Positions 11,465-26,458 of a DNA stretch of 64,000 nt are shown here, piece by piece (position 1 is the first letter of the stretch; every line of letters begins with the position of its first letter). The stretch covers positions 1 to 64,000 of the forward strand of contig MU626350.1 in NCBI GenBank assembly GCA_025603075.1, written 5' to 3'. Under the pieces are notes generated by a model. It saw only the letters and a program-made list of their open reading frames with translations. It had not been told where the DNA came from and made no database searches. Position numbers and translations under genes: made by a program. This stretch comes from Neoconidiobolus thromboides FSU 785. Its lineage: Eukaryota; Fungi; Entomophthoromycota.

Positions 11465-11829
11465 TATAGATAAACTAATCCAATTAAGTTGAATATTTTA
11501 TACTTTTTGTTTAATTTTCCGAATTTTTGTTATAATTTTGCTTTTTAATCTGTATAATAATTGTTTGTTAACATATTGAGGTAAAGTATATATAAGGGAT
11601 CATATAATTTAAGTAGATAGATTTATTGATATTTTTATAATATATTATGAGTTTTCAATTTGATGACTTTTAAAATCAAAGTAGTAGTTAATATAATTTA
11701 TCTAGTAGGAATTATAATTTTGATAGGCTAATAATTCTATGTTAAAGAGAATTATCAAGATTGATTTAATAATTTTTATTTTGCTCTTTTATAGATGTAT
11801 TATCAAATCACCTTATCATATTGTTATAT

Positions 11830-12083
11830 GGAAATGTTTTTAAATTATTATTTAAAAATTAATATTAATTAATCAATGTAGCTGTTTAAGTTGAAGTGTA
11901 TGATGACAAATGATAAAACTTATAGCCAATTATTTATTTTATTATGGCAATTTGAGGCTTATTGATTTAATTTTTATTTTAAAATAAACAGTTAACTAAT
12001 ACATAACTAAACTTAAATAATGTACCAGCCAATTAAGTTCTATTTAAAAAATAGCAAAAAAGAACAATTGCTAAAACATCCCC
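11830..12083 (+). mobile_element. MITE family B, copy B2
   Basis: GGAAATGTTTTT...AAAACATCCCC; flanks ATAT/ATGT. Confidence 0.8.
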
Positions 12084-12540
12084 ATGTATATTAATGCCTT
12101 ATTAAAATGAAATTTTAATTTTTTATAATACATAATATCTCAAACTATTTCGAATTTATCTGCATATTATCATATGGCTTTATTAATATTAATTTAATTA
12201 CGTTATTATATATTACCTAAGTTAATATCTATTTCTATACTAGATACTTTATACTAATAACTATTCAATAAAATTAAATTAAAAGTTTAATTAAATCTTA
12301 AACCAAAAAATGACTAAAATTTACCACCAATAAAAGTCTTCTAGTGAGAATACTATTTCCCAAATAAAGAAAAGATCCTAACAACGTTAATAGAATGACA
12401 ATGAGTTCATAAAAGTTAAAAATCATGACAAAACACATGGCATATTTAAAAAAACAAAATTATTCATTTCACTTAATTAAGAGAAGAAAGAGTCCTTTTA
12501 AAGTCCAATACTTTGTCTGCATTATCTTTCTATCTTGAGC

Positions 12541-15500
12541 ATGGATACTGCTTATAATCAGTCGATCCCCGACCTTTTAATCTATTTTTCAGTGGATCCA
12601 GCTGTTGGCCTAACTTATCAACAAATACAAAAAAACTATCAAATTTATGGATATAATGAGTTTGAACCTGAAGAAGATGAGCCTTTATATATGAAGATAT
12701 TCAATAATTTAAAAGAAAATCATATGATTTTATTACTATTAGTTTCTGCTTTTATTTCTTTAGTGATGGGTAACAAAGAGGATGCGATTTCCATTACTTT
12801 GGTAAGAGAGGATTCGGTGGTTCTAATTCAATAAATCCATACTAATTTATTTTTTGTTTTAATTAGGCTATTGTGTTGGTTTTTACAGGTAAATAGAATT
12901 TAGTTAATGCGAAATTAAAAAAGAGTTTTATTTAATTCCATTTATCCATGTAAATAGTGGGTTTCATACAAGAATATAAATCCGAGCAATCTTTAGCAGC
13001 ATTAAAAAAATTAACACCAAGCTATTGTAATGTATTAAGGTAAGTAAATTTTACATTGTAATTAATTTTATTTTATTTTATTTTTGTCTAATTATCTTTG
13101 ATTTTATTTGACAGGGAAGGGCATTTAAAAACTTTATTAACTCGAGAAATAATACCCGGAGATATAATTATTCTAAATTGTGGTGATAAAGTACCAGCAG
13201 ATTTAAGAATAATTGAGGTAATATTAATTATAATCGTGTATAATATTTAATAGTAGTAATAATATTTATTATAATATTTTTATTTAGTGTGTTGATTTAG
13301 AAGTGGATCAATCTACTTTTACTGGTGAAAATGAGCCAATTATTAAAAATAATCAAAAAATTGATAATATCAATATTTCAATTAATGAACAAAATAATAT
13401 GTTATTTATGGGTACTATTATTAACAATGGTAAATATTATTATAATACAATTCACTTATATACTTATAAGCTATATGTTTGTAGGTCATGCCAAAGCTAT
13501 TGTTATAAACAATGCCAAAAAATCTCAATTCGGTAAAGTAGTTGAAATGATGCAAGATGTAAGTATTTAATAAAATTAATAATGATAAATAATAAATAAT
13601 AAATAATAGTAATACAATAATAACCTATATTATATTTAGATGACTCAACGTAAAACTCCATTACAACAAGATATGGACAAATTAGGCCATCAATTGAGTT
13701 TAATTTCATTAATAATTATTTCCTTTATATTCATAATTGGTTTAATACAAGGTCGACCAATATTAGATATGTTTAATATAGCAGGTAAATCACCCACTTC
13801 TATATTATCTAAACCCAATAACCCCCTTTTCCTTTTATGTAGTGAGTTTAGCCGTAGCAGCTATACCTGAAGGCTTACCTGTAGTAGTTATGGTCACTTT
13901 GGCCCTGGGAGTGTTGAGAATGTCGTACCACAAAGTAATTATAAAAAAAATGGCATGCATTGAAACATTAGGTTGTATGGATGTTTTATGTATGGATAAA
14001 ACTGGAACATTAACCGAAAATCAATTGAAATGGACTAATGTTTACTTTATTCAAAATGAAACGAATATTGATTTAATGAATAAAATGCAGCTCTCTCAAA
14101 TTGAAAACAATTTTTTAGGAGAGAAGATGTTGGAAATTGGTAAGTAAACAGCTTAGATATGTAATAAGATGAAATTTTATTAATGTTTACTATTTTAGCT
14201 TGCTTATGCAATAATTCTTTTATTGCTGAAGACAATAAGGTGATGGGTCAATCAACGGATGTTGCTTTAATGAATTTTTATTTAAGTTTGGAAAAAGAAG
14301 ATATGAGAAAAGTAAATATTATTAAGTAGCTTACTAATTAAATAATAATAATAATAAAACTAGGAACTTACTAAAACATCAGAAATAGCGTTTCATTCAA
14401 ATCATAAATTTATGCAAATAAGTTATTCTAATAATCAAACATATTTTAAAGGAAGTATTGAAATAGCCTTAAAAAAATGTTTGTATTATTACGATAATGG
14501 AGAGAGGTTAATATCACTAGCAATTAAAAATGAATTATTGAATAAAAATTATGAATTATGTTCGAAAGGTCTAAGGGTATTAACTATGGCTTATGGAAAA
14601 GATGAGAATAACTTAGTATTATTGGGATTAATTGCATTATCGGATCCACCTAGATTAAATTTATCAGATACAATGAATGAACTTATTATGGCAGGAGTTA
14701 AGGTAGTTATGATTACTGGGGATTCAGGTAAATGGAATTAATATTAATAATAGAATCTAATTTTAATTTTTATTATTTGTATAGAACAAACAGCCAAAAG
14801 TATAGGACAACAAATCCATTTACCAATGACAGGAAACCCAAATGATTGCATAACAGGGGATTCCATTGATAATATGAATCAAGAAGAATTTTTAATTAAA
14901 ATGAGAGATTGTATAATATTTTCAAGGACAAGTCCTTATCATAAAATGAAAATTATCCAATCATATCAATCCTTGGGATATAGAGTAGGTATGACAGGGG
15001 ATGGGGTGAATGATGCAGCAGCCTTAAAAATGGCGGATATTGGTTTAGCTATGGCTAAAAATGGAACAGATGTAGCTAAAGAATCAGCTGATTTATTGAT
15101 CTTAAATGATGAATTAAATGTATTATTATTGGCTATTAAAGAAGGTAATAATTTAATAAACTAAGTTATTTACATGAAATAATAATCTATTGAATATATA
15201 GGAAAAACAATCTTTAATAATATACAAAATTTTATTACATTTCAATTATCTACTTCAATGGCTACATTATCGTTGATTTCAATAGCTACACTATTAGGCT
15301 TTGAAAATCCATTAAATCCAATGCAAATACTGTGGATTAGTAAGTTTATTTTATTGAAATAGATTAATATAGTAATACATATGAGTATATAATAATATAT
15401 ATATTGCTCCTATATTTATACATCTAATATTTATTTATTTTGTTTTCATTAATAGATATTTTAATGGATGGACCACCCGCTCAATCTTTAGGTGTTGAAC

Positions 15501-16208
15501 CAAGTAATGATGAAATATTATATCAAAAACCAAGAAAAAAAGACTCAACAATAATTAATAAAAGGATCGTTATAAGAATTATCATTCATGCTATGATTAT
15601 TTTAATAGGTAAAATTATTATTAATATTATTATGAAATATAATAGGATAGAATAGAGTAATATACAATTAATAGAAGAATGAGTAGAAAAGTACAATAAA
15701 GTTTAATAGGATTTTTAATTAATAGGATTTTTTTTAGGTACACTTTATATTTATACTAAAGAATTAGAAGATGGTATTATTACTAAGAGAGATACAACCA
15801 TGGTAAATAATAATAGAACAACATAATATACATATGCTAATATATATATCCCCTTTATAGACATTCACTACCTTTGTATTATTTGATTTATTTAATGCTT
15901 TAAATTGTCGAGATTTAAACTATCCTTTGTTATTAAAATTAATCACTTCCAAATCCAGTAATTCCACATCACCAAAATCAACCAATCGAATGTTTTGGTT
16001 AGCTATCTTATTTTCGATTATTGGCCAATTAGCAGTGATTTATTTACCTTTTTTTCAAACGATATTTCAAACAGAAGCGATAGGTTTGGAAGATTTATTC
16101 TATTTGCTTGGGTTTACATCATCTCTGTTTTTTATTATGGAAATAGTCAAGTTTTGGGAGTTAAGAAAGAAAAAAAAGTTGGAGGAATTAGGAGATAAGT
16201 TTGTTTAA
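12541..16208 (+). CDS. PMR1: Secretory-pathway Ca2+/Mn2+ P-type ATPase (type IIA), many introns
   Basis: [29 protein letters not shown] phosphorylation motif, [28 protein letters not shown]. Start codon inferred. Confidence 0.93.
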
Positions 16209-16356
16209 TGAATGGTTTAGTTTATCTGAGTTTGTCTCTCTCTCTCCTCTTCTCTTTTTTTTGATAATTACTTCTTGTTTATATAAAAAAAACTATTATC
16301 AAATCTATAAATATAAAAATTACTTGAATATGCACACAATAACAATCATTATTAAA

Positions 16357-17310
16357 TTATTTATTTTTAAAATATTCATAAATTAAATTAGTTACACTGA
16401 AACATAAATCAATTGTATTTTGATGAATATTTAATTTTTTACAACCTAATAAATGGCTTTTTAACTGATTAGGTACTTGCTGCGGCACGAGTGCTGCTAT
16501 CATTATTAGTTCGGTTTGCTCCAACGTTAGGATTTTAGATTCAGAAATAATTTTACTATAAGTTTCTAAATAAATTATAAAATAAATACATGTGAACTAA
16601 AATTCTATTGAATATTACCATTAACAAGAAATAATAAATCAGGATTACTTTGATTTATTATAGTTCTTACTTTATCAGCTAAAGTAAAAAATATTAATCT
16701 ATTGATACTAAAAACCTTTAAATAGTCGCCAGATAATATTTTAAATTTACTGTAATTAAACTAACCTTGTTTTGTATAAATAGTATTAAAAGTTTCTTCT
16801 CCTCTTTTATAAATATCTTCTAAATTATCTCTTTTTCTATAATCATGATTAATAAACTATGATATTAGAATTGACTAATATAAATAATCTTACCTAATTG
16901 CTTCTTTATTTAATCTTTCACTAATTTCTTTTGGTATTAATCTAAAAATTTCATTGGAGGCATTGATACACTAGTTAAATCATTATAGTTAGTAAAAATC
17001 ACTAAAAGCTCTTCAATCTTCTTACCTTCGGTATCCCAATAACACTTGAAATCTTTACCAAACTTTCTCGAAACATTTCAATCAGTTTCACTCTCTCATC
17101 TTCATCTTGTGTTTTTTCCAAGCTTTTATTTATTAATAGAGAGATTGATCCCATATCATTGTTGGATGTTAAGCTAGCTAACTAAAAAAATGAGAGTTAG
17201 TTAAGGCTGATGGTAACCGTATTAGGTAAATAAATTACTATTATATTACTTGCAAGTAGAATATCTATGGATGATAATATGTTGAAACACTTGTCAATAA
17301 TAAAGTCCAT
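16357..17310 (-). CDS. Carboxymuconolactone decarboxylase / AhpD-like fold protein (multi-exon; missed by the ORF track)
   Basis: Manual splicing gives FRESLVKISSVIGIPK|CINA...RGEETFNTIY...NPDL...TYSKIISESKILTLEQTELIMIAALVPQQVPNQLKSHLLGC, the pattern of fungal CMD-like proteins. The first exon is less certain. Confidence 0.75.
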
Positions 17311-17523
17311 TTTTGAAGATTATATTTAATAGAATAAAATATATAAAATTAATAAAATTAAAAAATATCACATCACCAATAATTTTTGTGATGCCAAGTC
17401 TTGAACTTTTCCATCTAAAAGTTTGCAGAAAGTATCGAACTTCTCATTCAAAAATTGCAAAGTATCAACAAATTCCAAAAATCGTCCCTTTCCAATCTTT
17501 TAACCTTTCATCCATTTCCAAAA

Positions 17524-20500
17524 ATGCCTAAAGAAATGCATTTATATAATTTAACATTGACACCTACATCCCATAGTATATGTCAATGTATTGGCAACTT
17601 TTCAGGTTTAAAACAACAAGAGATATTAATAGCTAAACATGATCGTTTAGAATTAATTAAAGTATTAAGTGACTCTGGTAAATTTGAAACTTTATATACT
17701 AGTTATCATACCTTTGGTATTATCCGTTGTATTCAACCTTTTCGTTTAACGGGGGGCAATAAAGGTAAGTTTAATTATATTCATCCTTTTAATTTGTTTA
17801 ATTTATTCATTTTATTTATTTAATTTATTTATTCATTTTAATTTTTTAAAATTTAGATTACGCCATCATTGGAGGTGATAGTGGACGTATAGTCATTTTA
17901 GAATATGATCCAAAACTATGTGTATTTAATAAAGTACATCAAGAAACTTTTGGAAAAACAGGTGTACGTCGAGTAGTACCAGGTCAATATATTGCATGTG
18001 ATCCAAAGGGAAGAGCAGTGATGTTAGGCGCAATAGAAAAACAAAAATTAGTTTATGTATTAAATCGAGATTCACTAGCCAATTTAACTATTTCAAGTCC
18101 TTTAGAAGCCCATCGTACCAATACTATTTTATACTCTTTAGTTGGACTAGATGTTTCTTTTGATAATCCTATATTTGCAGCTATTGAATTAGATTATACA
18201 GAAGCAGATACTGATAACAATCCAGACGCTTTAGATAATATTGAAAAATTATTAACTTATTATGAATTAGATTTAGGTTTAAATCATGTAGTTAGAAAAT
18301 GGTCCACACCAATTGATCCTAGAGCTAATTTTTTAATGGCTGTACCAGGTGGTAACGATGGTCCCTCTGGTGTTATTATCTGTAGTGAAAATTCTATTTC
18401 TTACTTACATCAAGGTAGTGTAGAACATAAAGTACCTATCCCTAGACGTAAAATACCTATTGCTGATTATGATCGTGGTATATTGATTGTTTGTGGTGCT
18501 TTACATAAAATGAAAAATACCTTTTTTATTTTATTACAAAGTGAAGAAGGAGATATTTATAAAGTTACTTTAGATCATAAAGATGGCGAAGTCAATCAAT
18601 TAAAAATTAAATATTTTGATACTTTACCAGTAGCTAGCGGATTTTCTATTTTAAAATCAGGTTATATTGCATTATCACCTGAATCGGGTAATTTTGGTTT
18701 ATATCAATTTATTGCTTTAGGAGAAAAAGCAAATGACGAAGAGTTTTCAAGTTTAAATTATTTAGAACAAGAAGAAATTGAGCCTGTTTATTTCCAACCT
18801 AGAGCTTTGGTTAATTTACAACAAACGGATGAAATTGAATCCATATCTCCAGTTATTGATTGTAAAGTTATGAATTTAACTAATGATGATACACCTCAAT
18901 TTTATACTTTATGTGGTAAAGGTAGTCAATCTAGTTTTAGAGTATTAAAATATGGTTTATTTGTTAATGACGTTGGTGAAATGCAATTACCTGGTAGACC
19001 AACTGCAGTTTGGACAGCCAATTTAAAAAAGAATCCAGTTTATATAGCTTCATTTACAAATGCTACATTGGTATTAACATTAAATGAAAATCCAGAGGAA
19101 GTTAATGATTCAGGGATATTAACAAATACACAAACAATACATATTCAAGAATTAAATAATAATTCTATTGTACAAGTTTATCCTAATGGAATTAGACATA
19201 TACAATCGGATGATAGAGTTAATGAATGGAAGCCACCAAAAGATAAATTAATTATTAGCGCGGTTGGTAATAAAAGCCAAATATTAATAGCATTATCAGG
19301 TAATGAATTGATTTATTTTGAAATTGATAATTCTGGTTTATTATCTGAATTAAATGAAAGAATGGTGATGTCATCCCAAATTACCGCTATGTGTTTAGGA
19401 GATATTAAAAAGGATAGAAAGAGATTTCCTTATGCAATGGTTGGCTGTGCTGATCATACAGTACGTACCATTTCATTAGATCCTAATACACCTATGCAAG
19501 CTTTATCAATGCAAGCTTTGGCGGATACACCATTGTCATTATGTGCTATTGAAATGAGTAGTAAAGATGCCAATTATACACTTTATCTTCATATTGGATT
19601 ACAAAATGGTATCATGTTAAGAACAGTAATGGATCAAGTATCTGGAGCTTTAAGCGACACACGTACAAGATTCTTGGGTAGTAAACCAGTGAAATTATTC
19701 CAAGTTATTGTTAATGAGCAGCCAGCAGTTATGGCATTATCTTCGAGACCATGGTTAAGTTATCATTTTCAAAATAAAATACATACCATGCCATTACAAA
19801 CAGATGCATTAGAATTTGCTGCTCCCTTTTCAACAGAAAGTATACCTGAAGGTATAGTTGGTATTTCTGGTGATCTACTAAAAATTATCAATTTCGATCG
19901 ATTAGATCAACAATTTCAACAGGATACAATACCTTTAAAATATACCCCAAGAAGGGTTATATTAAATCCATATTCTAACCATTTTGTAGTACTTGAAACT
20001 GAAAATAATACATTTTCACCATCTGAAATTAAAAGAGTTATAGAAGCTGAAGGGGAAGATAATGCACTTTCTTTAGACCCAACGGAATTTGGTTTACCTA
20101 AAGCAATGCCTGGTAGATGGGCAAGTCAAATTCGTATCTTAAATCCATTAACAGGTGAAACTACCCAAGAAATTGAATTGGATGAAAATGAAGCTGCATT
20201 TTCAATTTGTTTAGTTCAATTTCATAATCAATATTCAGACATTATGGTAGCTGTAGGAACAGCTGTTGAATCCATCTTATCCCCTAGATCTTGTTCAGCA
20301 GCTTATATTAGATTATACAAATTTGATGAAACTGGAACACAATTAAGTTTAGTTCATCGTACTCAAGTAGAAGATATACCAATGGCTTTACTGCAATTTC
20401 AAGGACGATTATTAGCTGGTGTTGGACGCTTATTAAGAATTTATGATCTTGGTAAAATGAAATTATTACGTAAATGTCAAACAAAAGCGATACCAAATAC

Positions 20501-21203
20501 TATTGTAAATTTACATTCTCAAGGAGAAAGAATTATTATTTCTGATGTACAAGAATCTATCCATTTTGCTGCTTATACACAATTAGAAAATCAATTAATG
20601 GTATTTGCAGATGATACTTTACCTGCATTTACATCCGCTACTTGTTATGTAGATTATAATACGGTAGCTGTAGGTGATAAATTTGGTAATATATTTTTAG
20701 CACGATTACCCAATGATGTAGTTAGTGAAATTGAAGGGGAAGGCGAATCCAAATCAAATCATCATAAATTACCCCCAACTAATCGAGGTATCTTAAATGG
20801 AGCTACTTATAAATTAGAAAGATTATGTCATTTCCATATCGGTGATGCACCCATGTCAATTGAAAAAACATCATTAATAAGAGGTGCCAATCCAATCTTA
20901 GTTTATACTACTTTATTAGGAAGGATTGGAGCATTAATACCTTTTTTAACTAAAGATGATGTGGAGTTTTTTCAAACCTTGGAATTTCATTTAAGAATTC
21001 AATTACCACTTTTAGCGGGTAGAGATCATCTCTCATATCGATCTTCTTTTGCTCCTGTTAAAGCAGTCATTGATGGTGATCTTTGTGAAACTTTTGGATT
21101 ATTAGATATGAATAAAAAACAAGAGATTGCAGAAGAGTTGGGTTGCTCTGTTAGTGAAGTATTAAAAAAAATTGAAGATATGAGAACTTTGGTAGCATAT
21201 TGA
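17524..21203 (+). CDS. RSE1: U2 snRNP SF3b subunit 3 (Rse1/SAP130)
   Basis: MHLYNLTL start, GIIRCIQPFRLTG, AIEKQKLVYVLNRD, YELDLGLNHVVRKW, GRDHLSYRS, VIDGDLCE; one intron at ~17766-17858. Confidence 0.95.
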
Positions 21204-21820
21204 GTACACTATAGATAAGACAAATGTTTTAATATGACAATTAAAGTTGCTTTTTTTGAAGATAAATAAAATTTTATTTAAATTCATTAATTTATATAAT
21301 TAAGACTGGATTTTAATATTTAATATTCAAATCATTTGTTAGGTGTTTTGTTTATTTTTAAATTTAGTATAATGATTTAAAAGAGTTTTATATAGCTGTC
21401 AAATCAATATATAGTTTAAAAATAACTAGTTTTATTTCAACAACGATAGATTTTAACAGTAAATGAGTTGTATTTAATTATAGAATATAATATAATAGAA
21501 TGTTGTAGTTTAAAAAATCTATTAATAGATAATTTTAAGAGGCTTAAAATGAAGTTTTTTAATATCCTAACTTGCAATAATTCCAATCATTATGATAACT
21601 GTCAATTCTTTGTTTAAAACTCACTATTAGAATTAGTTGTCGGAAAAAAAGATCAAATCAATGACCAATTAGCTAATAGTATGTAGAATACTAAGGGTTC
21701 AAAATAAAAGGGAAGAAAATTGAATTTTTTAAGAAAAAAGAATATAAATAGTTGATAAAAGAAATTATTTTGTTTTGTATTTTTTAATAAAAAATAAATA
21801 AATAAAAGATAATAGTAAAA

Positions 21821-23018
21821 ATGCAAATGACTAATAAAGAATTATCTGATTTATTTGGTTATTTTGGTTTATTTTGTTGGTTTATTGTAATGACACCGTA
21901 AGTATTATTTATTGAGTATATTGAACATTTAATTTATAAATTTTCAATTTTTATAGTCAAATCTATACTAACTACAAATTAAAAAATGCGTCTTCCTTAT
22001 CTCCAGCTTATGTATTTTTATGTATGATAGGTAAATAAGAAAATAAATTGATATTAATATTAAAATTTAACAACTTAATATAGGAAATTTAATAAGTTGT
22101 ATTGGAGCCATCTGGGGTGATTTGATTTTAAGTACGATATTAGTTACTGGTTATTTAGCTATATTAGGCAACATCTTATTATTACAAATTTATTATTATC
22201 ATAGTAATAATCATATTAATATTCAATGGAAGGTTAAAGAAAGTGATAGAAATAGTATTTTATTTCCAGAATATGAACCTATAATAGAAAATGACTTACC
22301 AGCTAATGCTAATTTAGCTAATTATAACCAAGACTTTGATAATAATAATAATAATAATAGTTTAAATGACCCTCACTATTATGGTAATACAAGTAGCTAT
22401 ATTGATTCAAGTAGTCGACCATTATCTTATAATCGACCATTATCTTATATGTCACAAACAAGTTATCATTCAATTAATAATAATAATAATCAACAATATA
22501 CAGATTCAATTAGAAGTAAAAGGTCCAGTATTATGCAAAGAATAAGACCATTATCAATTAAAAGCTCTTATTCTTATCCACCAATTAAACCTTTGCCAAC
22601 AGAAAATGAAAGCAAATATGCTAAATTAATTTACTTAATAGTTGTTATTTTATTATTTATATTAATACTCAATATTAATATAAATAGAATTCAATTACCT
22701 TTAATACCCATGTATCAAACATTAGGGTGGATTTCTTCAATAATCTTTTTAATTGGTAGATTACCTCAAGTTTATAAAAATTATCAAAGAAAATCAATTG
22801 AAGGTTTATCTTTTTTTATGTTTTTAATATCCATTTTAGGTAACTTGTTTTATCTTGCTGCTATCTTTAGTTACTCTATGGAATCCCAATATTTGAAATT
22901 AAATTTACCTTGGATCTTAGGGGCTGTTATGGGTTTATTTATGGATGCTATTATTCTTTTTCAATTTTTTAGATATGGTATGAATCATTTAGATCTTTTG
23001 ACTAATGAGGATTATTGA
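21821..23018 (+). CDS. PQ-loop repeat membrane transporter (Ypq/PQLC2-like)
   Basis: First exon CWFIVMTP|QI; second PQ loop GRLPQVYKNYQRKSIEGLS; NLPWILG; Asn-rich central loop. Confidence 0.85.
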
Positions 23019-23104
23019 AATAAAGATATTGTATTAGTATATTTATTATATGTATTGTTATTAATATATTATTTTATTTATGTTTTGTATTTCATTTGTT
23101 TTTA

Positions 23105-24174
23105 TTAATTTAAAAATTTAATAACTTGTTCATATACTGAAAACACAATACCACCAGATAATAATAGTCTACCTAGTCTAGGAGTAGCTCCATTCCATAA
23201 AGAAAGTACCCCTGTTTCTTTCACTGTTTGTATTAAACAGTGATATGAATTTTTATATCTTAAACTAGCTTCTTTACTTTGCATTTTAGTTTTAACATTA
23301 TCAATCGGCATAGTAGTATAAACAGTAATGGTACCTGCTATCATGCCTAATAAAAAGGTAGTTATTATTGTTAAATTTTTTTCATCTTTGGATATACCAA
23401 GGGAATGTTTATAACAATAATCTTTTAATATTTGATAACTAGTTAATCTTATTGCACTATTACTTCCTTGTCTTAACATTACTGGCACTACCCCTCGATA
23501 AATTCCTATTAAACCTTCACTTTTAATAATACTTTTAACACCTAAAATGATTAATTAATGAAATGTAATATAAATATAAAATTAAACTATCTTTAAACAA
23601 ATTAATATTCAATTATTTACCATGAATCATTCCATTATATTGTTTGATTTTACTATTTTGATCTTGAATCAATTTAGTTTTAATAGTTTCAGCCGGTGTG
23701 ACCACTAAAAACGCTTCTGATAATCCAGCCATTAAGCCAGCTAACACTGTATTACCGAAGGATAGACTACCATTTTTATTTCTCAATTGATCTTTGATAC
23801 TATCATAAACCACAAATCGAATCCCTGCTTTAGCTGCTGTTCCTAGAATCATAGGGCTTAATCCAGAGTACAAAGTTCGTATCCCTTTTTCTGTGATTGT
23901 TTTTTTTAAACAATCGATAGGACCAGTGAATAACTAATTTTATTAATTAATTATAGTTGGAAGAGTATGGAAATTAATCATTAACTTACTTTATTACTAC
24001 CAGGTAATTGTAATTGTGTTTTGACATATTCTGTGGGATAAGTTATAGTGGCTTCTATAGAGCCTGCTATCATACCTGCTGTTAATGACTTTAATGGGTT
24101 CTAATAAAATTGGATTATTATTTAATTTTATCATGGCATTTTTGTGGTATTACCATTCTCTTTTGTTCATTCAT
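23105..24174 (-). CDS. CTP1: Mitochondrial citrate carrier
   Basis: Carrier signatures [23 protein letters not shown] and [11 protein letters not shown]; AAKAGIRF; RQGSNSAIR; GATPRLGR. Confidence 0.88.
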
Positions 24175-24434
24175 TTGAAATATTCAATATCAAACACATT
24201 CATTTTACTTATGAATGTTTATATACTATAAAAAATTAATGTCTAGATGACCTGTTATGAATCACGTTTATTTTAGTTGAATTAAAATTCCAAGTTCTTA
24301 ATATCTCAACTCATTCATTGGTAGATAATAATGCATAATTTTTAATGACGTTGCAAAAAAAATAAAAAGTAAGGAATGAATTATTAGGTATTTTTTTTAA
24401 TTGATTTATGAGCTCTAAAATTGTTAAAAAAATC

Positions 24435-25112
24435 ATGGACTCCAGTTGTATATTTTGTAAAATTATTGAGGGTAAAATCCCATCTCATAAAATTATTGAA
24501 TCGGAGAAGAGGTAAGTTGAAATCAGTTAGTCTATTTGAATTATTAGATTCCTTATTCAATTTTAGTTATGCTTTCTTAGATATTGGTCCATTATCTAAA
24601 GGCCATGCTGTAAGTTTTTGTTTTTATTCTAATCTTGTTTTAAGTTGTTAATCCATTGATTTAGTTAGTTATACCAAAGTGTAAAATGAACTTTTGTTAT
24701 AAAAATTAATTAATTCATTAATTATAATTTAGATCATGCCGAATTTATGCATCAATTACCCGATGATTACTTAGCCGATTTATTACCATTAGCCAAAAAA
24801 GTAGCCTTAGCTTCCAACTTTGAGTTCTATAATATTTTACAGGTAACTTTATAATGCTTATTAAGTTATCAACTTATGAAATTAATTTTTTAATTTAGAA
24901 TAATGGTAAAATTGCACATCAAGTAAGTTTTATTTTTAACTTTAATTGAATCAAAATGTTTATTATTTTATTATTAGGTTGTCCCTCATGTCCATTTTCA
25001 TCTTATTCCAAAACCTGATATGGAGCAAGGACTTGGTATTCAATGGCCTGCTCAACAACCGGATCAAGAAGAATTAAAAAAATATCTGGATAGTATTAAA
25101 CAAAATCTTTAA
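24435..25112 (+). CDS. HNT1: HIT-family nucleotide hydrolase (Hint)
   Basis: CIFCKIIEGKIPS, AFLDIGPLSKGH, NNGKIAHQ|VVPHVHFHLIPKP; several short introns. Confidence 0.9.
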
Positions 25113-26458
25113 GTTAAATCCAATAAAAAAAGTATCTTATTACCAATTTTTCATGTTATCTTTTTCTATTTTTATCATTCAAATAGTAATAATATTTTAA
25201 AATAAACTTTGAGTCCATCTTGATTTTAAGATCTGTCCAAGATCTGTCATATTTTTATTCAATACTATGTAATTAATTCTTTCTTTATTAATCTTGTTAT
25301 ATTTCTAATTTATTAAACAATAGAAATAATAATGTTAAATTTAAACAAGAATGTAGTTTTTAAATTATTAAAAAAATTAGTGGGTAGGGGTTTTTTTACA
25401 AGAGCAGTACTCACCGGAGCATCAACTCTGTCCCAAATCAAGTATATAGTTTTGTCAAATAGGTATGTTACTACCTAATGCGAGTTTGACCATATGCCAT
25501 TAATCCTTAACTTTAATGAAAAAGTTGGAAAAAAAGCTAATTTTATAAAAATTGATAAATTGTCAATTTATAGTGGGAAAATATTAATTCTATGAAATTT
25601 AAGTGGCAGCGTTAAGTTTAAACCGTTTTGATTGGTGAAAGACATAGTCAATTCTGTGCTATTTTTTTTGAAATATAGGACTGAGTAGAGAAATGGGATA
25701 GACATTAATGTAATGAAATACAGAGAAATGATAATAATCTTATTAAAAAATTATTCTCCCTAATATTTCAATATCCTGGTATTAAGCTAAGAAAATGTTC
25801 TTAAAAATTTCAGACTTAAATTCTTAACAAATTGTTTACTAAATAAGAATACTAAAATCTTCATAGTTTATATTTATTACGATTTTAATCTTATTTCTAT
25901 TTGTATGTAAAACAGTCCTTAATCTTTAATATAAAAATTAAAGTTACTAATATTTAAAATGGATTTACTGGCCAAAAACTTGATCAAAGTATTGACAGAT
26001 ACTCTAGTTAAAAAAACTAACTGTTGGTATTATAGAAACTTAAGTCAATTCTTACCATTTTAATATAAGAAGAGAGCGGCATTAAAAGACCAAAAGTCAT
26101 ATTGATATGTGATAAAACTATTATTGAGTCAACGTAGTCTTACTTTTGTTATCCTAGGAACTGTTAATAACGTTTAATTCTTTTATAATCACCTACTTTT
26201 TCAGAGTTTGTTCCATTTTAAGCTATTATTAAATCAAATATCGCTATTTTATATATTCAATTGATTCTAATATTATTATAAATCGATTATAAGATTATAG
26301 TTTCCTTTGTTGTATTTGATATTACAAAAGCTATTTCAGTACTTTATAAAAAGAAAATTAGGATTTAGCATCAACAAAATCATATAAAAGTTAAAAAAAC
26401 ATGAGCTTCAAAAATATAAATAGACTATAAATTAAAAAATTAAAAGATAGTAAAATAT

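Noticed and set aside
25388-25440. VFLQEQYSPE(L)NSV, faintly like the Tc1/IS630 YSPELNPIE motif
   Set aside because: Needs a frameshift and has no supporting upstream DDE motifs; too short to call.
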